Position numbers and translations under genes: made by a program. Shown here piece by piece: positions 11,101 to 24,199 of a stretch of 64,000 nt of DNA. Source of the stretch: Tubulanus polymorphus. Taxonomy: Eukaryota; Animalia; Nemertea. Position 1 is the first letter of the stretch. Every line of letters begins with the position of its first letter. The stretch is taken from NCBI RefSeq assembly GCF_964204645.1, contig NC_134026.1, positions 6,285,950 to 6,349,949 of the forward strand, given 5' to 3'. The notes beneath the pieces are model-generated. The model was not told the DNA's origin, searched no databases, and saw nothing but the letters and a program-made list of their open reading frames with translations.

Positions 11101-14100
11101 GTCTACGAGTGATGAGTGGTAGTTGAGATATCGGTGTAAAGCACCCTCGACGTCGCTGCACGATTTCTATAAAAACACTCCAATCCCCCAACGCAAACAT
11201 ACATAAATTCACGCTAATGCTTTTAGTCTCCTGTTGATGACAGATTTTTTCCTCGCTCCCTCTCTCCAGCTCCATCCCTATCTAACTCTCTCACTTTCAC
11301 TGCGACGAACCTGACCTGATAGGAAAATATTTGGTCAAAAACGATTCCTAAATTCACGCCGATCTAGTTCCGAAAATTGTTATAAATCGCTTGTTGAATA
11401 ATTGAACTATTTCAAATGCGATGAAAAACCTGAATAATTGAAATGAGTAATGAAGTGATTGAAGTTACATGTACTACTACTATACAATAGATGTTGAGTG
11501 TAATCTCGATTGGTCGTTTAGGTGTATAATGTAGGTTCTGTTACCTTAGCGTTCCGAGCTTTTCATTAGTATAAAAAACACATGTATTTTTGTTAGTATT
11601 GATAATGCGATAAGTTGAACAAAGATTTGCGATCGGAAACCTGCAACACTAGCTATCCCAACGGATAGCATGACGAGCAATAGGTCTTCCGTTATCAAAA
11701 TTATTTCATTTTCAATTAATGTTGAACTGGATCTTTTTAGACTTCCCGAATCCATATATTATCACAGCACCCACCAAATATACAATACTTTCATTAACCC
11801 TTTCATTGCGCTTACACCGCAATGCAGTGTATAAATCAGTGAACGATTTTGCTAGTATTGATGTAATTAGTAATTATCTCTCTTGAAAAATGTCAGCGCC
11901 TATCAAACATAGTGAAATACTAGTAACTAACGATACACCGCGCCGGGGTGTGGACGCACTACAGTGGTATTCCCATTATTTAACACACTAAGGTGAAATT
12001 TTCAAATTATCTCCAGCACTATAGAATTAATTAGTCCGCACTGAAAGGGTTAAACTACTCGGATATCGGTATCGTTTTCATTGATAATTGATTCATTTGA
12101 GAGAAGAAAATTCATTCAGTTTCAATGGAAATGTAGAAGAAATTGAACGCGAAAGACCGATTAACTACTAGTGAACCTGGTGGATCCTCACCTGCCATAC
12201 GTGGAATCCTCGATTGCCACAGTAGCGCTGCGGGTACTCCATTGTTCACATTAGATTTGATCAGAACCGAATTTGAAAAGGGATGTATGGATCAAGTTTA
12301 TGCTGCTGCTGCTGCTGAGCGGTACTAGAAGATGAGGATCCCCTTATTACTGATGTGTGGAAAATCAAATCTAACATCCCCACAAAAGCTCAGATTGCAT
12401 TTAGAGATGGTAGAATTTCAGAATTTTCCGGGGGAGTAACCCACAACACCGACTGTGGTGCTGTGTTACTGGACTGATAAGTACTCATGAACTGAGGCTG
12501 AACAGATACCCAGTTAGGGTTTGATGCCTCGAATGCCTAGTTGAAATTATTGAAGTGTTTCATTGTCTATGATCTCAATTGTAGCCTCTCAATCACCGGT
12601 AAAACAATAGAAACCGTTTGTACTATTTAGAACGGGGCATTCACTCTCAGACACTGCAATCAGTATCTATTATGAATGATGTAGTTTTGTGTCGCAGGAG
12701 AATTCCATAGATATGAATAATGTAAGAACACATGACAGTCTATATAACAGTGGAATGTGGTCATCTTCTATTGCTAAATCACTCGTCGGAAATAACTGGA
12801 AATTAATGAATGTAACATTTTGATTAATAAACTTCCGTTGAGTTATACGTCTGCTCAGAACTGATAATCTCGTTTGACCGCAACAATTTGTAGGTTCTGC
12901 TCGATAAGAGCGACTTCAATGTTTTCGATATATCTGACCTCATTGGTACATTCTTGGATACAAATTAGGACTCAGTTCCACAGATTTCAGTAAGATTTAA
13001 CTTCGGTTCATTTTCAATGGGCAATCGAAGATTCCACGTATAGCAGGCGAGGATCCACCAGGTTCGCTAGTAGATCGTTGGTCGTCAGCGTTCGATTTCT
13101 TCTACATTTCAATTAAATCTAAATCTACTTTTCACTTAAATGAATCAATCATTTATGAAAATTATACCGATATCCGAGTAGAAGAATGAAACTATTGGTG
13201 GGTGCTGTGATAATATAAGGCTCTAAAAATCCAGTTCAAAGTTCATTGAAAATGAACTCATTTTGACAACGGACGACCTAATGCTCGTCATGCTGTCTGG
13301 CGAGGTAGCTAGTTTTTCGGGTACTCCATTTGTGGACTATAATAGATGGTACAATAGCCACACTCTGACATGGAGAACAGAAAATTAGTGTAAAGTCCAT
13401 GGTAAAACCATGGAGAGAGTCCATGGTAAAACCCTTTAGATACAGAAAAGATGAAAAGAACATCATCACTCCTGACTTATTCTTTAATTCTTAATGAATA
13501 AAATTTGGTTTTTAATCTTTTGAATCCTGTATATTGTGGGTTTTAAACTTATAATACAGTGAATTTCTCTATCTCACAGTACTGTACAACTGGCTGACTA
13601 GGAATGATAGCTATAATTAGATTGATTTTTCTTGGACCAAATTAGTTTATTACAATGGGATTCTGGCAAGGCTAAGGGAAGCGATGAATCGGAGATAATC
13701 TGCAAAGTTTGTACTGGCACTGAGTTACCGCGACAATTTCTTTCAATTTTCTTTCGATGTCAATTAAATTCGAGTCAACTTTTCTGATTAATAAATCAAT
13801 TTTTAGTGAAATCAATACCATACACTGATTAAGAAAGGGAATCTAACATCTATCCGATGACTTGTTTGATAATTTTCGGATTTGGAAGCCTAGAAATCGA
13901 GTTCAAATTTCATCGAAAATGAACTGATTTATTGCAACGAATAGACCTGGGGCCGGTTTTATATACTGGTATTACCTTTGAGCCGAGGGCTAACTCAATT
14001 GAAAATGAATAGAGTTAGCCCACGGTAATACCAGTCTATAAAACCAGACCCCAGTGTTCTGTTGCACCATCAGGTGTTGCCAGTATCCCATTCCTTAGAT

Positions 14101-17100
14101 TGTTGGAAAAAGAGACCAAGATCGTAAAGCCAAGTCTGAGACTGTGGTTGCACATCATTCACATCATGAGCAGTTAAAGATGTTCTAAGAATCTTTGCAT
14201 TCAATGCGTTGCTGCTTTAGCCGCAGAATGATTTTACCTATGTTTTTATTAGTATTAGATAATAATTCATTGCATCAATGCCTGATGTTATAGTTGATTG
14301 AAGCGTGTTGCAATATAGAGCAACGTGAGCCGCATCTAACTATGTGTTGATTCAGACGAAACTTCGCGGTTTAAAAATTCTCTCCGCGTTCACGTTGGGA
14401 GCTTCGTTTCAGACGTGAGTTGTTTCATCTCGCTGCGCAGCTGCCAGCTGGTCCGTCTATTCCCGGTCCGTCTGATATGAATTGCATTAAACCCAGTTAA
14501 AATGTTCTTCGAGGAAAAGTTGCGAATATTTCTACTCCGAGGATTCGCGAGGTATCGACCGCTTGGAATCTGATAGCGGCGAAAATACATTCCTCGTATC
14601 TATAACTGTCGGCGAATATTGAAAAGGGATCATAATTTCTTACGAGTGGTTTTTCACTCAAGGTTTTTCACTCGATTTTCCATACAAGGCCTAGGAATAC
14701 GAATCCATATCATTTGTGGCATAAATTGAAACGGATTTTGGATAAAATGATCGAATAATCCCATGTGACTAATCTAATCAGTACCACGCAAGATTACGCG
14801 CGGATTATGATAATCAGATCCTCCACTAATAATTATAGAATGATAGTCTGAGATCACATGTGAGCATGTGAAACTTCTCTTTACTTAGGACGCATAATAC
14901 AAACCTTTTAGTGATAGAGTAAGTTGGGGCAATGAATAATTTCTACTTAGACAAATGTTGAACTCTGAGCAGTCTATGATGGGATAGTCAGTCATATTCC
15001 GCCAGGGCTGTCATAACGTGATAGCCTGAAAAGATGTGACACTATTCGTTCGGGTCTACAGAGATATTGAAAACCAGTCTGTGATAGAGAAAACCTGTTA
15101 TTGATAGGATAATTTCGGGCAGTTAGTAATTTCTTCTGAGACAAGTAGTTTGAGTACAGGGCGGGGCCCACAGTAGTCCAGTGGAAGGGTGGTCATAGCC
15201 TGAAAACATATCGCACTCCCCCATTATGTTGGGGGAAATTTGGACCAGTAAGAGCCATCTTCAGAGACAAATAGTTTGAGTTAAAGGCAGGGTCCAGGGT
15301 CCCGGGAAGGGCAGTCATAAAACGATGATAGCCCAAGAATACTCTTCTTCGTGTAGGGACATCATGAAAACCGTTCACTGATCGAGAACTCGTAATCTGA
15401 TAATTCACGGGAACGCAGACCGTTCTATTCTAATCACGATCTTCTCTATCGTTTCTTTACAGAACATTCCGTGACAGACCAGTGCGTCAACGAACCGGTG
15501 GAGTTAACATCTGACATCGGATACATCGTATCACCGCACTATCCATTCCCGTATCAGGACGACATTCAATGCAACTGGAAATTGATACTCGAACAGGGTC
15601 AACACGTCAATCTGACGACGTACGATTTCGAGTTGGACGGACGACGCAACGCGAGATGTTACGACTATCTGGCGATATTCGACGACACGAAAACGTCGTA
15701 TCGCGACAATCAACAGAAAATACTGTTCATGGACTGCGGAATCGTGAACGGCGGGTATCTGCAGAGTAGCCCAGGGGCGAGTGAGGTTCAGATACAGTTC
15801 GTTTCGCACGATAAAACGAGAAGCCGAGGATTTATCATTGAGTATAATGGTATGAGTATTGATTACGCGGGGACAGATCCAGAGGAGGCCGATTTTAAAA
15901 GACTTGTCACATCTCAAAGGGCACTAAAATGTCCAAAAAGGCAATATTATGTGTACTACCACACTGTAATGCACTTATTGTCTTTGTTGTTGATGAAATG
16001 AAAAGGGGCACTCAAAAAAATTTGATGGACTTGCACAAGTCCCCCTGGACTCCCTGTATAATCCCCTCAGCTCTAATTCCATATCCCTCCTTCCCATCCC
16101 ACTTCCTCATCTTCATTCCCCATCCCTCTAGCTCATCCTCTCCATCCCTATCTCGTATGCCAATCCCCTATTCTTCCATGCCCCGGTGGTTGTAAACAGA
16201 ATCTCATGAAGTTGCTCTCCGTTCTCTGAACGGTAGCTAAAAGCATACCATTAAACGCTTTTATTCGAATGACACATTGAAGTATGTTCTATTCGGAGAG
16301 TTTACTGTCTCCATAACCTTAAAATATGTGCATCTACCACATATACCACACATACGCTGCTGCTGCTGAAATGGTCGCAATTCTGACTAATGTTTCGCCA
16401 TCAACTGAATAATGTCTATATTCCTATATTTGTAGTATTGATCGATGTGGGAAGTGCCACCTTGATGACCGCGGAGATCGCGTGTCGCGCTCCGATGAAA
16501 CTGCTTCGTTCGAGCTTTTACAATATTCCTCTCCTCCAGAAATAATGAATGAATAATCGTCTGATAGTAACACTCGCGAGATCCTCGATCCTCGCACGAA
16601 ATATGCCTTTATATCAATGACTCGTTAATATTTGATTACTCCGGATTGATTAGTATTTCAGAAATCAATTAATATCGTTGAGTCATTGAATATTCTTCAT
16701 ATATGATTTGACTGCTTGAAGACGATTTGATACATAGTCGAGACAGGTCTTGGGCTGCATGTAGTCTTGACTCTGTATACCCTCAGCCTGTATCCTACTC
16801 TCCTTCAGTCCCAAGGGCGGATAGGGGGTGGACAGGGCGAACTAGTCCACCCCTTCAAAATTCGAATGTGCCCTCCAAAAAGTCTGGTCAAATGTTTTTC
16901 ACATAGAAAATTTTTAAAAGACAAAAGAGAAATCCAAATGGGCCCTGATTAGGCCCGGAAAAGCCCTTTCGGTCCTTTTCTGTGTGAGGGCCACCAGAAC
17001 CCTCACCAATGTTTGCGCTTGCAGCCCTCACATTGTCAATCTGTCCTTTCAAATTGATATGAGTGCCCATTCCATTTTTCAGTCTAAGCCCTGTACCCCT

Positions 17101-20100
17101 CAGTCTGAACACCTCAGCCTGAACCCTATACCTCTTCAGTCTGGCCCCTACATCCCTCAGCCTGGACCCTACACCCCTTCAGTTGGAACCCTGCAGCCCA
17201 TCAGACACTTGATACATTATCACCATTCTTACAATTTTGATCATCCAGACTTAGTATATGTTCAAAATATCAGCTGAGATATTGAGATATATATTCAATT
17301 CAACTATATGCTTAGACTTGTACACCAAAAATTATGGGATCATTTAGTTTCTTGGATAGATTAGACTGTTGGGTTGAAACATCTGAAATGTACTTATTTA
17401 CACCCTAGTCAAACTAAACTGACAAAAGAAATGGATCCTACCGTTTCAACTTAAAAAACATGATTACCTTTCTATTACAGTTTATGGACGAGAAAAACCG
17501 AAAATCATAAACCCAGTCCCCGGTAAAAACATTCCTGACGAGAGCGACGTTGAAAATAGAGAAATAGATGAGAAAAACAAGGACAACACTTCACACATCA
17601 TCACTCCCCCTATTATCAGCGCAGGTGAACTAAATACAATTTATGAATTGCGTTTTATGAATTTCAAATGTTCCGCACTCGAGTTCAAATCAAGCACAGC
17701 ATCATTCAGTTGTTGTATTACGCACTGTTATTTCTGCAATTTCAGCAAAGCTTCATAAAAAAAAACCTCGTCAGATATTGAAATATTTATGTAAAATGAA
17801 GCACTTAGTCCAATGTTATATTTATATATGTTCTGTTGCTGTGAACACGATATTTCAGTAATTTGTATTGAAAAAAATTTCAAAACGTCAAGCCTCATAA
17901 CCTGAGACCAGCTACCAGCCTCATAATGTGAGACCAACCTCTCGATTGAGTTCAGTAAGGGCCAGTTGCTCAAAACTTGGTTGAGGTTAACTAGTGGATA
18001 GATAGTTGACAAAGTGACAATTAAACGTTTGTTGTATTACTATGGTATTTATCCGCCGGTTATCTTTAACCAACTTATCAAAAAACTGGCCCCGAGCCTC
18101 GTAATGTGAGACCAATGTATTGCTAGAGAGCAACCTCATAACTTACGACCAACTTTTCACTTGAGACTAACCTCAGAGTTGAGACTTGAGTATGACCTTG
18201 TTCCACACAGTTCTAAGTCTAAATGATTGTCGAGTTAAAACATTGAAAATGAACTTATTAATCTCTAAGAGTCGTTCTCGTCCGAGAACGGTTTAAGTGG
18301 ATCCGGTAGATTATCCACGCATCGGTTTCGCCTACAGATGTCTCTGGTGTAGAAGATGTATTTCACTCCCAGTGAATCGTGCGTAATATCACTTAAACCT
18401 GACAATAGATCGATATATCGCAATCAATCCTTGACTCGTACTCTGTTGACTTTACAACAGCATCGGTGTTTTCCTCTTTGGCTCATATCATGATTGGCTC
18501 TAGATACGAGCGACTAGATTTTGTCGATCTTACACTCAGTCACTCAGTCAGTCAGCCGGAGGAGTTGGTTCTCATTTATTATGCGAGGCTTCGACGTTCA
18601 AATTCCGCTGTAATAAGATCTGCTTATTAACGGCATGAAAAAGAGAGATGGAGAGAGAGGAGATAGATTGAAAAAGGAAGAGAGAAAGAAGCGTTATAAC
18701 ACGAAGTATTTGCTTTCAATGTTGTCTGATTTTGTTTGGTCAGATATTCCACAAGATGAAATACGTCCAACGACAACGCGAGGGGACATTGTGCAGACGA
18801 TTATGACCAGCACGATATTACCTATAAAACCCGAAGACCAGGAACTGGAAGAATTAAATTCACCATCTTTCGGCATAGGTAGATCTTAATTAGATTTTAC
18901 CTGTAAATTCTATGATTGCATTTGGGACTGAAGTGTTGTGATGAAACACAGTTTGTATCCCCTCCCTAAAAAACTAATGAATGTCACCTCCCTTTAACTC
19001 AAGTGATTGTGATGTTTTCTTTTTTAATCTGTTGTGTTGCATGTTTTGATGTTTTAGCACATTAAACACTGACTTTATAGTGAATCCCATTAGAAAAAAA
19101 TTGTAAATAATATTAGAAAAAATAGAATTCTTTGAACTTATACTAGGTAGTTGTAGCTATGCAAAAATATTGCAGTAAAATATTTTGCTGCAAAACCATT
19201 TCTACTAAATGTTGAAGATCCATTCTATGTTAGTCTATTGTTTTACATCCAGTTTTAGGTATAGAACATTTCTCTATTAGATAGATATCTACTGAAATTG
19301 AAGAAAACCTGACTTAAGCTAAGAATTATACAATCCTAAGAACCATTTTCAAAACTTCTTTAAAACGGTTCATAGAATTGAGTAACTAGTTGTATACAGT
19401 TGAAATGATAATCTACTGAAATGTTACAATCATATTTCAAGATAGCCTATGTTCCTGAAATTTCATTGCAGTCCATCTAGATCCATTCTAAACAATCTCA
19501 ACAGAAAGATCTTTGAATTTACTAATGATGTTAGTTTTTACTAATGATGTTTTACTAATTTACTAAGATAATTTTTCCTTGATATTTTAGGAATAATAGT
19601 TGGAGTTGTGGCATCACTGGCATTACTACTAGTTATAGCCGTTTTAGCCATTGTTTTTTACAGAAGGTAAAGTCCTCCCCACAGTTTGTCTGTCATTATT
19701 ATTATTCATTCACAGATGGCAGCTCTAACTAGAGCGCGTACTTCATAGAAAAAACTGCTTTCATTATCTGTCTTGACCAAGACGGAGTGTTCAAATAGTG
19801 TGTACCGGTACCCCAAAGTCTCTTTTTATGACCTCCTCCCCAGTACCACCTTTGTACCAGATTTCATTCCCCCCTTCTTGGGTACGTACCATGCAATTTA
19901 TATTTATGGAATTACACATTCAACCAATTCTTATTTGAGTGTAGTGCAATCCCCCAAGGAAAATATGTTATTTCTTCCTGCTACCCCCAAAAGTATACTG
20001 GGGTCCATATTTTTTGAATACTCCAAAGGCTCTTACAAAAGAACATTTTAAGATCTTTGTCCGTTTTCTGTTTTTGTTCCAGATACAAATATAGATTTAA

Positions 20101-20887
20101 CAAACCAGCGACGCCATATTATGTGAATGAAAGCGCGGCCAATCAGAAAACTTTACTCCCCGACGACAGCACGCCTTTGAATCCGGTGCCTCCTGACGAA
20201 ATCGACAAGGGTCGAACGATCGTCATGGAAATACAGGGCGATCGTATAACGAAACTTTACCCGGGAACGGGCAGAAACTCGAATACATTAACGGATCCGC
20301 CGGATAAACCGGTGCGTCTGGTGACTTTAAAAAATCAGGACGACAGCGTGATATACGCGAAGCCGGAGATGAACTTACAGCGATCGAGTTTACCGGGCGG
20401 GGTGAGTTTACCGCCGGGCATGTACGACGACGGGTACATCACGGACGCGCTTTCGCTGAATCAACGGCAGAACGATCCTCGCGTGCAGCGGGACTCGCAC
20501 CACGATTATGCGACTATCGAAGATGCTCATCCATACGCCGTCAGCGATATCACGCATTGTCACAACTGTCAAACCATTCCGCGTAATTTCCCGTGTAATC
20601 CGGCATCGGCCGATCCGAACCGACAAAGTCGCAAATATTACGACTACGACCAAGCGTTTTCTACGATGGGCCATTGTAGTAAATCACCCCCGCCGCCGCC
20701 GGGTCCACCTGGCGCTGGTAATTCGTACTATTCCCCGGTGGGAAGTGCGCCCAGTAATAATCGCTCGAATAACGGGGATTTTTCTACATTCCTTCAACGT
20801 CAGCAGAGACATTCGAACGCTGGCGCCGAGTTGAGCGGTGATATTTTTGAAACGAACGGACGTCAAACGCATAAATGTCAAGTGTAA
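8191..20887 (+). CDS. Single-pass membrane protein: SUEL (Gal/rhamnose-binding) lectin + CUB + stalk + TM + about 265-aa cytoplasmic tail; first (signal peptide) exon not resolved
   Basis: Phase-compatible GT-AG exons: 8191-8469 (SUEL: CQGQYLNLNC..ASATYGR..TC..CSGRQEC..FDNPC..LTVTYKC), 15463-15849 (CUB: GYIVSPHYPFPY..CNWKL..CYDYL..FVS..RGFIIEY), 17481-17624, 18744-18878, 19591-19666 (TM GIIVGVVASLALLLVIAVLAIVFY then RR), 20083-20887 (ends KCQV*). AATAAA at 21957-21962. Confidence 0.85.
11647..12218 (+). mobile_element. Dispersed non-coding repeat, copy 1 (interrupted by a piggyBac-like MITE)
   Basis: Aligns by eye to the reverse complement of 13020-13314; its 3' end (CTGGTGGATCCTC..TACGTGGAATCCTCGATTGCCAC) also resembles 8890-8945 and 35245-35302. 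Confidence 0.75.
11798..12049. mobile_element. piggyBac-like MITE (252 bp)
   Basis: TTAA at 11794-11797 and 12050-12053; TIRs CCCTTTCATTGCG / CGCACTGAAAGGG (12/13 match); absent from the paralogous repeat copy at 13020-13314. Confidence 0.85.
13020..13314 (-). mobile_element. Dispersed non-coding repeat, copy 2 (inverted relative to 11647-12218)
   Basis: Reverse complement matches copy 1, e.g. TATTATCACAGCACCCACCAA and CTACTCGGATATCGGTAT. Confidence 0.75.
13947..14054. mobile_element. Short foldback MITE (Harbinger-like GGNCCAGTT family)
   Basis: GGGCCGGTTTTATATACTGGTATTACC / GGTAATACCAGTCTATAAAACCAGACCC inverted pair, flanked by CWG triplets. Confidence 0.7.
17959..18092. mobile_element. 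Short foldback MITE (GGGCCAGTT...AACTGGCCC family)
   Basis: About 45-bp imperfect TIRs; relatives at about 21007-21105, 21424-21540, 30189-30217, 54907-54998, 57088-57123 (CTG direct repeats) and 58330-58460. Confidence 0.65.
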
Positions 20888-23227
20888 GATTAAAGCTTTT
20901 GTGTTGATTACGCATTAAAACTGCTTGGCTTCATTCAGGTATTTATAAGATGTGGAAATAACCACTGATTCGATTCTCATTGTCCGAGTAAGAATGCAAG
21001 GTTTCCGGATCCAGTTCCGCAGTTGTGAGTTAAGTTAATATCGGTTCATGCTCAGTGAGTTAACTCCGAGTCAAATTGAAACTCAGAACTGTTGAACTGG
21101 TTCCCGGATTTGGGATTGTGAAAGTGATGAGTGAAAATTACTGCCGAAATAGATGATAATGTCTTCTGTCCTTTGAATGTCAAATGGTGAATGTAATTAA
21201 AGTAATGTGACTGTTTTTGGTGATGTATTCAAAGTAATTTTACTGTTCCTGGTGAAATGTACGAATGAATGTAACGGTGATGAACACTAGAAATAACATT
21301 TTCTGTAATGTAAGATCTGTAATCGAAGATGGAATGATTGCCTCTTACTGAGGCACTAGGACTGGTTCGATCCTGTGTAATTTATCATGGTTTTGGATAA
21401 CGAATCTCTTGCTGAGTAAGATACAGGTCCCAGTTGCAAATTGGTCTTAAATCTTAAAACTGGTGTTGTTGTTTAATTATACACCTGATATGGTCTTTGG
21501 CTGGTCTTTAATCCAAATGTGACTGTGCAACTGGCCCCTGATAAGGCATTTTATGTCGGTGCATAATGGTAATAATTTCGTTGGTGTTATTGTTGTTAAA
21601 TTGTCACTGAAAATTGATTGCTCTTGGTGTAGAAATTGTATAAAGATTTCATTGAAAACATTCCACATAATCGAAACATAAAGCACGTTGTTAGAAAATT
21701 TGACGCCTGGCAGAAATTTAGGCGGAGGCATAATTTATTTAAAAGCTGATAATTTTTTGGCTTATAATTGTTTGATCACTCATTATCGCTGTATTTATGA
21801 ATAGCATGAATTCTTTATTCTTTTACCTAAGGTAGAGCTCTGTAAATTGATGTAAGAGAAACAAGTTTCAATTGGAAATGATGAAAACATTTCTGGTTTT
21901 GATTGAAATTATTTGCGTGTGTTTCCGATGTTCAAATGGCTGAATGTTACACGAGAAATAAAACTGTAAAATAGCATTTTGGTAATATTTTCGTGTTTGA
22001 CTTCTTTTCCTGTATTGTTAGACAGACAGGCTTCAAATCTGGCACATTGGCGTTTGCTGTTTTTCTCTACTGATTCAAATAACAGTGAATAACAATGTTA
22101 AGCCATAAAGCTCCGCTCAGGTCACCCCCTACAACTGGACAGAAGCAGAAATAACTGTATTGCAAGTTTGGCATATAAACCGGCTGCTAGTGACCAGAAA
22201 ATGACAAGTCACTTCAAGTTGCATTGTGTATCATCCAGTCCACACAGAATCGGTATCCTGTGCTCAAAACCTGGGAGATCCGATCCTTGTTCAGCATCCA
22301 GTATACCTGAGCCTAGGGCACACCTCATTTCCCCCTAGACTCTTCAGAATAAGCAGTATCAATTCAGAATCGAACCCGGGAAGCCCTGATTTTAAAGATC
22401 CTCAAATTATAGACCGCCATCTATTAGAATTTTTCGGAACTGAGTAAATTCTCTATCAGCTCCTAGTACCTTGTTCGAAAATGTCCAATATCATAGGTTG
22501 CCATCTAACGGAATTTGGTTGAATCCTTAAGAAATTCGAAATGCACGCACTCCCACAGACTGATGATATAATTGGCAGCAAAGTTTCAATCCTGATGTTG
22601 GAATTTAGATTAATCTCAGAATCTGTCAGACAAATAAATGTAGCAGCATATAGCAGCGATAACGGGTTTCTACATCGCCTTTGCATTCGAACTGAAAAAT
22701 CACTAAACCTCATATGCTGGCATCGTGATATTCGTTGAAATTGTCTTTCAGAGCGATGCGACTGGTTTTCAGTGATGGCTTTTTGCATTAATATTCTTTT
22801 CTCGTTTTAGTGATTCAATTACTTTGATTATACAAATTTACGCGATGAAACTAAATTTATTTCGTTGACTTGGAAATGCGGGTCATATCTACGGGTATTG
22901 AATGTCATTTTGACTGATTTCCTGATGTTGGTGATGGTGCAACACATCCGAGTCGAACAAACAAGACAAATGACGTTTTAATAATTTTCATCAGCATGTT
23001 TGATTAACTTAAGGAAATAAAGGATATGATATGAATGATATACATCAGATTTAATGCAAATCAGTATTGGATGTTTATGGTGCCGTTTAAGACCGTGTTC
23101 CAAAAGAACGGCTCATCTGAAAATTCTAGGACATTACAGTCGATGATGCCAATTTTTACAAACAAGAAAAAGTAGATTGAAAATGACTGTCACGTGACTA
23201 GTTTTGAAAAATCAACTGACACTTTTT

Positions 23228-23339
23228 GAAAGACAAAAGACTGATATTCAAACTTACAAACTTGATATTCAAACAGTAGTAGACTTGATAAAAACCCACT
23301 ATCTAAGTTTGTAAGTTTGAATATCAGTCAGTGTCTTTC
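23228..23339. repeat. Long inverted repeat / hairpin
   Basis: GACTGATATTCAAACTTACAAACTT (23239-23263) pairs perfectly with AAGTTTGTAAGTTTGAATATCAGTC (23305-23329); outer pair GAAAGACA/TGTCTTTC. Confidence 0.85.
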
Positions 23340-24199
23340 TATTTGTCTATATCTAAAATAGCAACTTTCCATTTCTTTTTTTTCCATTTCACGTAGAGAG
23401 AAAGATTGAGATTATATGCGTTGATGATAAATCTTCCCTGGCGATCGAGGCACGCTGGTAAATCGATCTACCTTCTCGACGTCCAAAATGCGGCAGAAGC
23501 TACATCTAACGATCGAAAACTCCCCCTTTCTCCTTCTCGTTCCGGCAAGAGAGCTATAGCGTCATTTTCGAACTCTGCTTTTGAAATACCGGTAACCTAT
23601 CGCATATCATTTGGAGAAATGAAATAGTTTCACCGGTTTGAAGTGAAATTCTGGCCGTTTTTAACATGAAGCCTTTGAACACCAATCACTTTTTTCATGC
23701 GCACTGTAAATGAATACAGTCTGGTGAGTGACGCCGACCCAACCCCTTCACAAGGCTGAAGAATCTACTCGATGAGACACTGACTGATCTATCATAGCCG
23801 CAGTGATCAGTATCTTGAAATGTGCTCTTTTCAAAATGCCAATAAATGTATGTTCCAAAGATCTGGACCAGCGGTCAAAAGTTGCGGGTTCCCGATGGTG
23901 AGTTGATGGCATGATAGCAATCTGTTTTGAAATTGCATGCACCAGTTAACTCTAACCAATAATCTGGCCCCAGATCTTATTCCATTTGCAAGCAAATTTA
24001 GTTAGAGGGCATGTCTGACAAAATTGCTTCATTTTGTTCCAACTGTTCAATTTACTGGAAATTGTTGGCCCGAATACATTTTAGAAAGTGTATCCAAAAT
24101 TTTTTTAGGACTTTGAAGTGCGCTTCAAATTTGAGGGCCCTGGATCCACCCTTGGCATGCTAACTACTGAAAAGGAAAAAAAGATGTCGACTGAGTCCC

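Noticed and set aside
20408-20881. Overlapping and antisense ORFs in the receptor last exon (also 15531-15917 over the CUB exon)
   Set aside because: Shadow ORFs of GC-richer coding sequence with no recognisable motifs.
22456-22788. 110-aa minus-strand ORF with FICLTDS, loosely like an APE endonuclease motif
   Set aside because: No other endonuclease motifs or clear splice context; cannot be supported.
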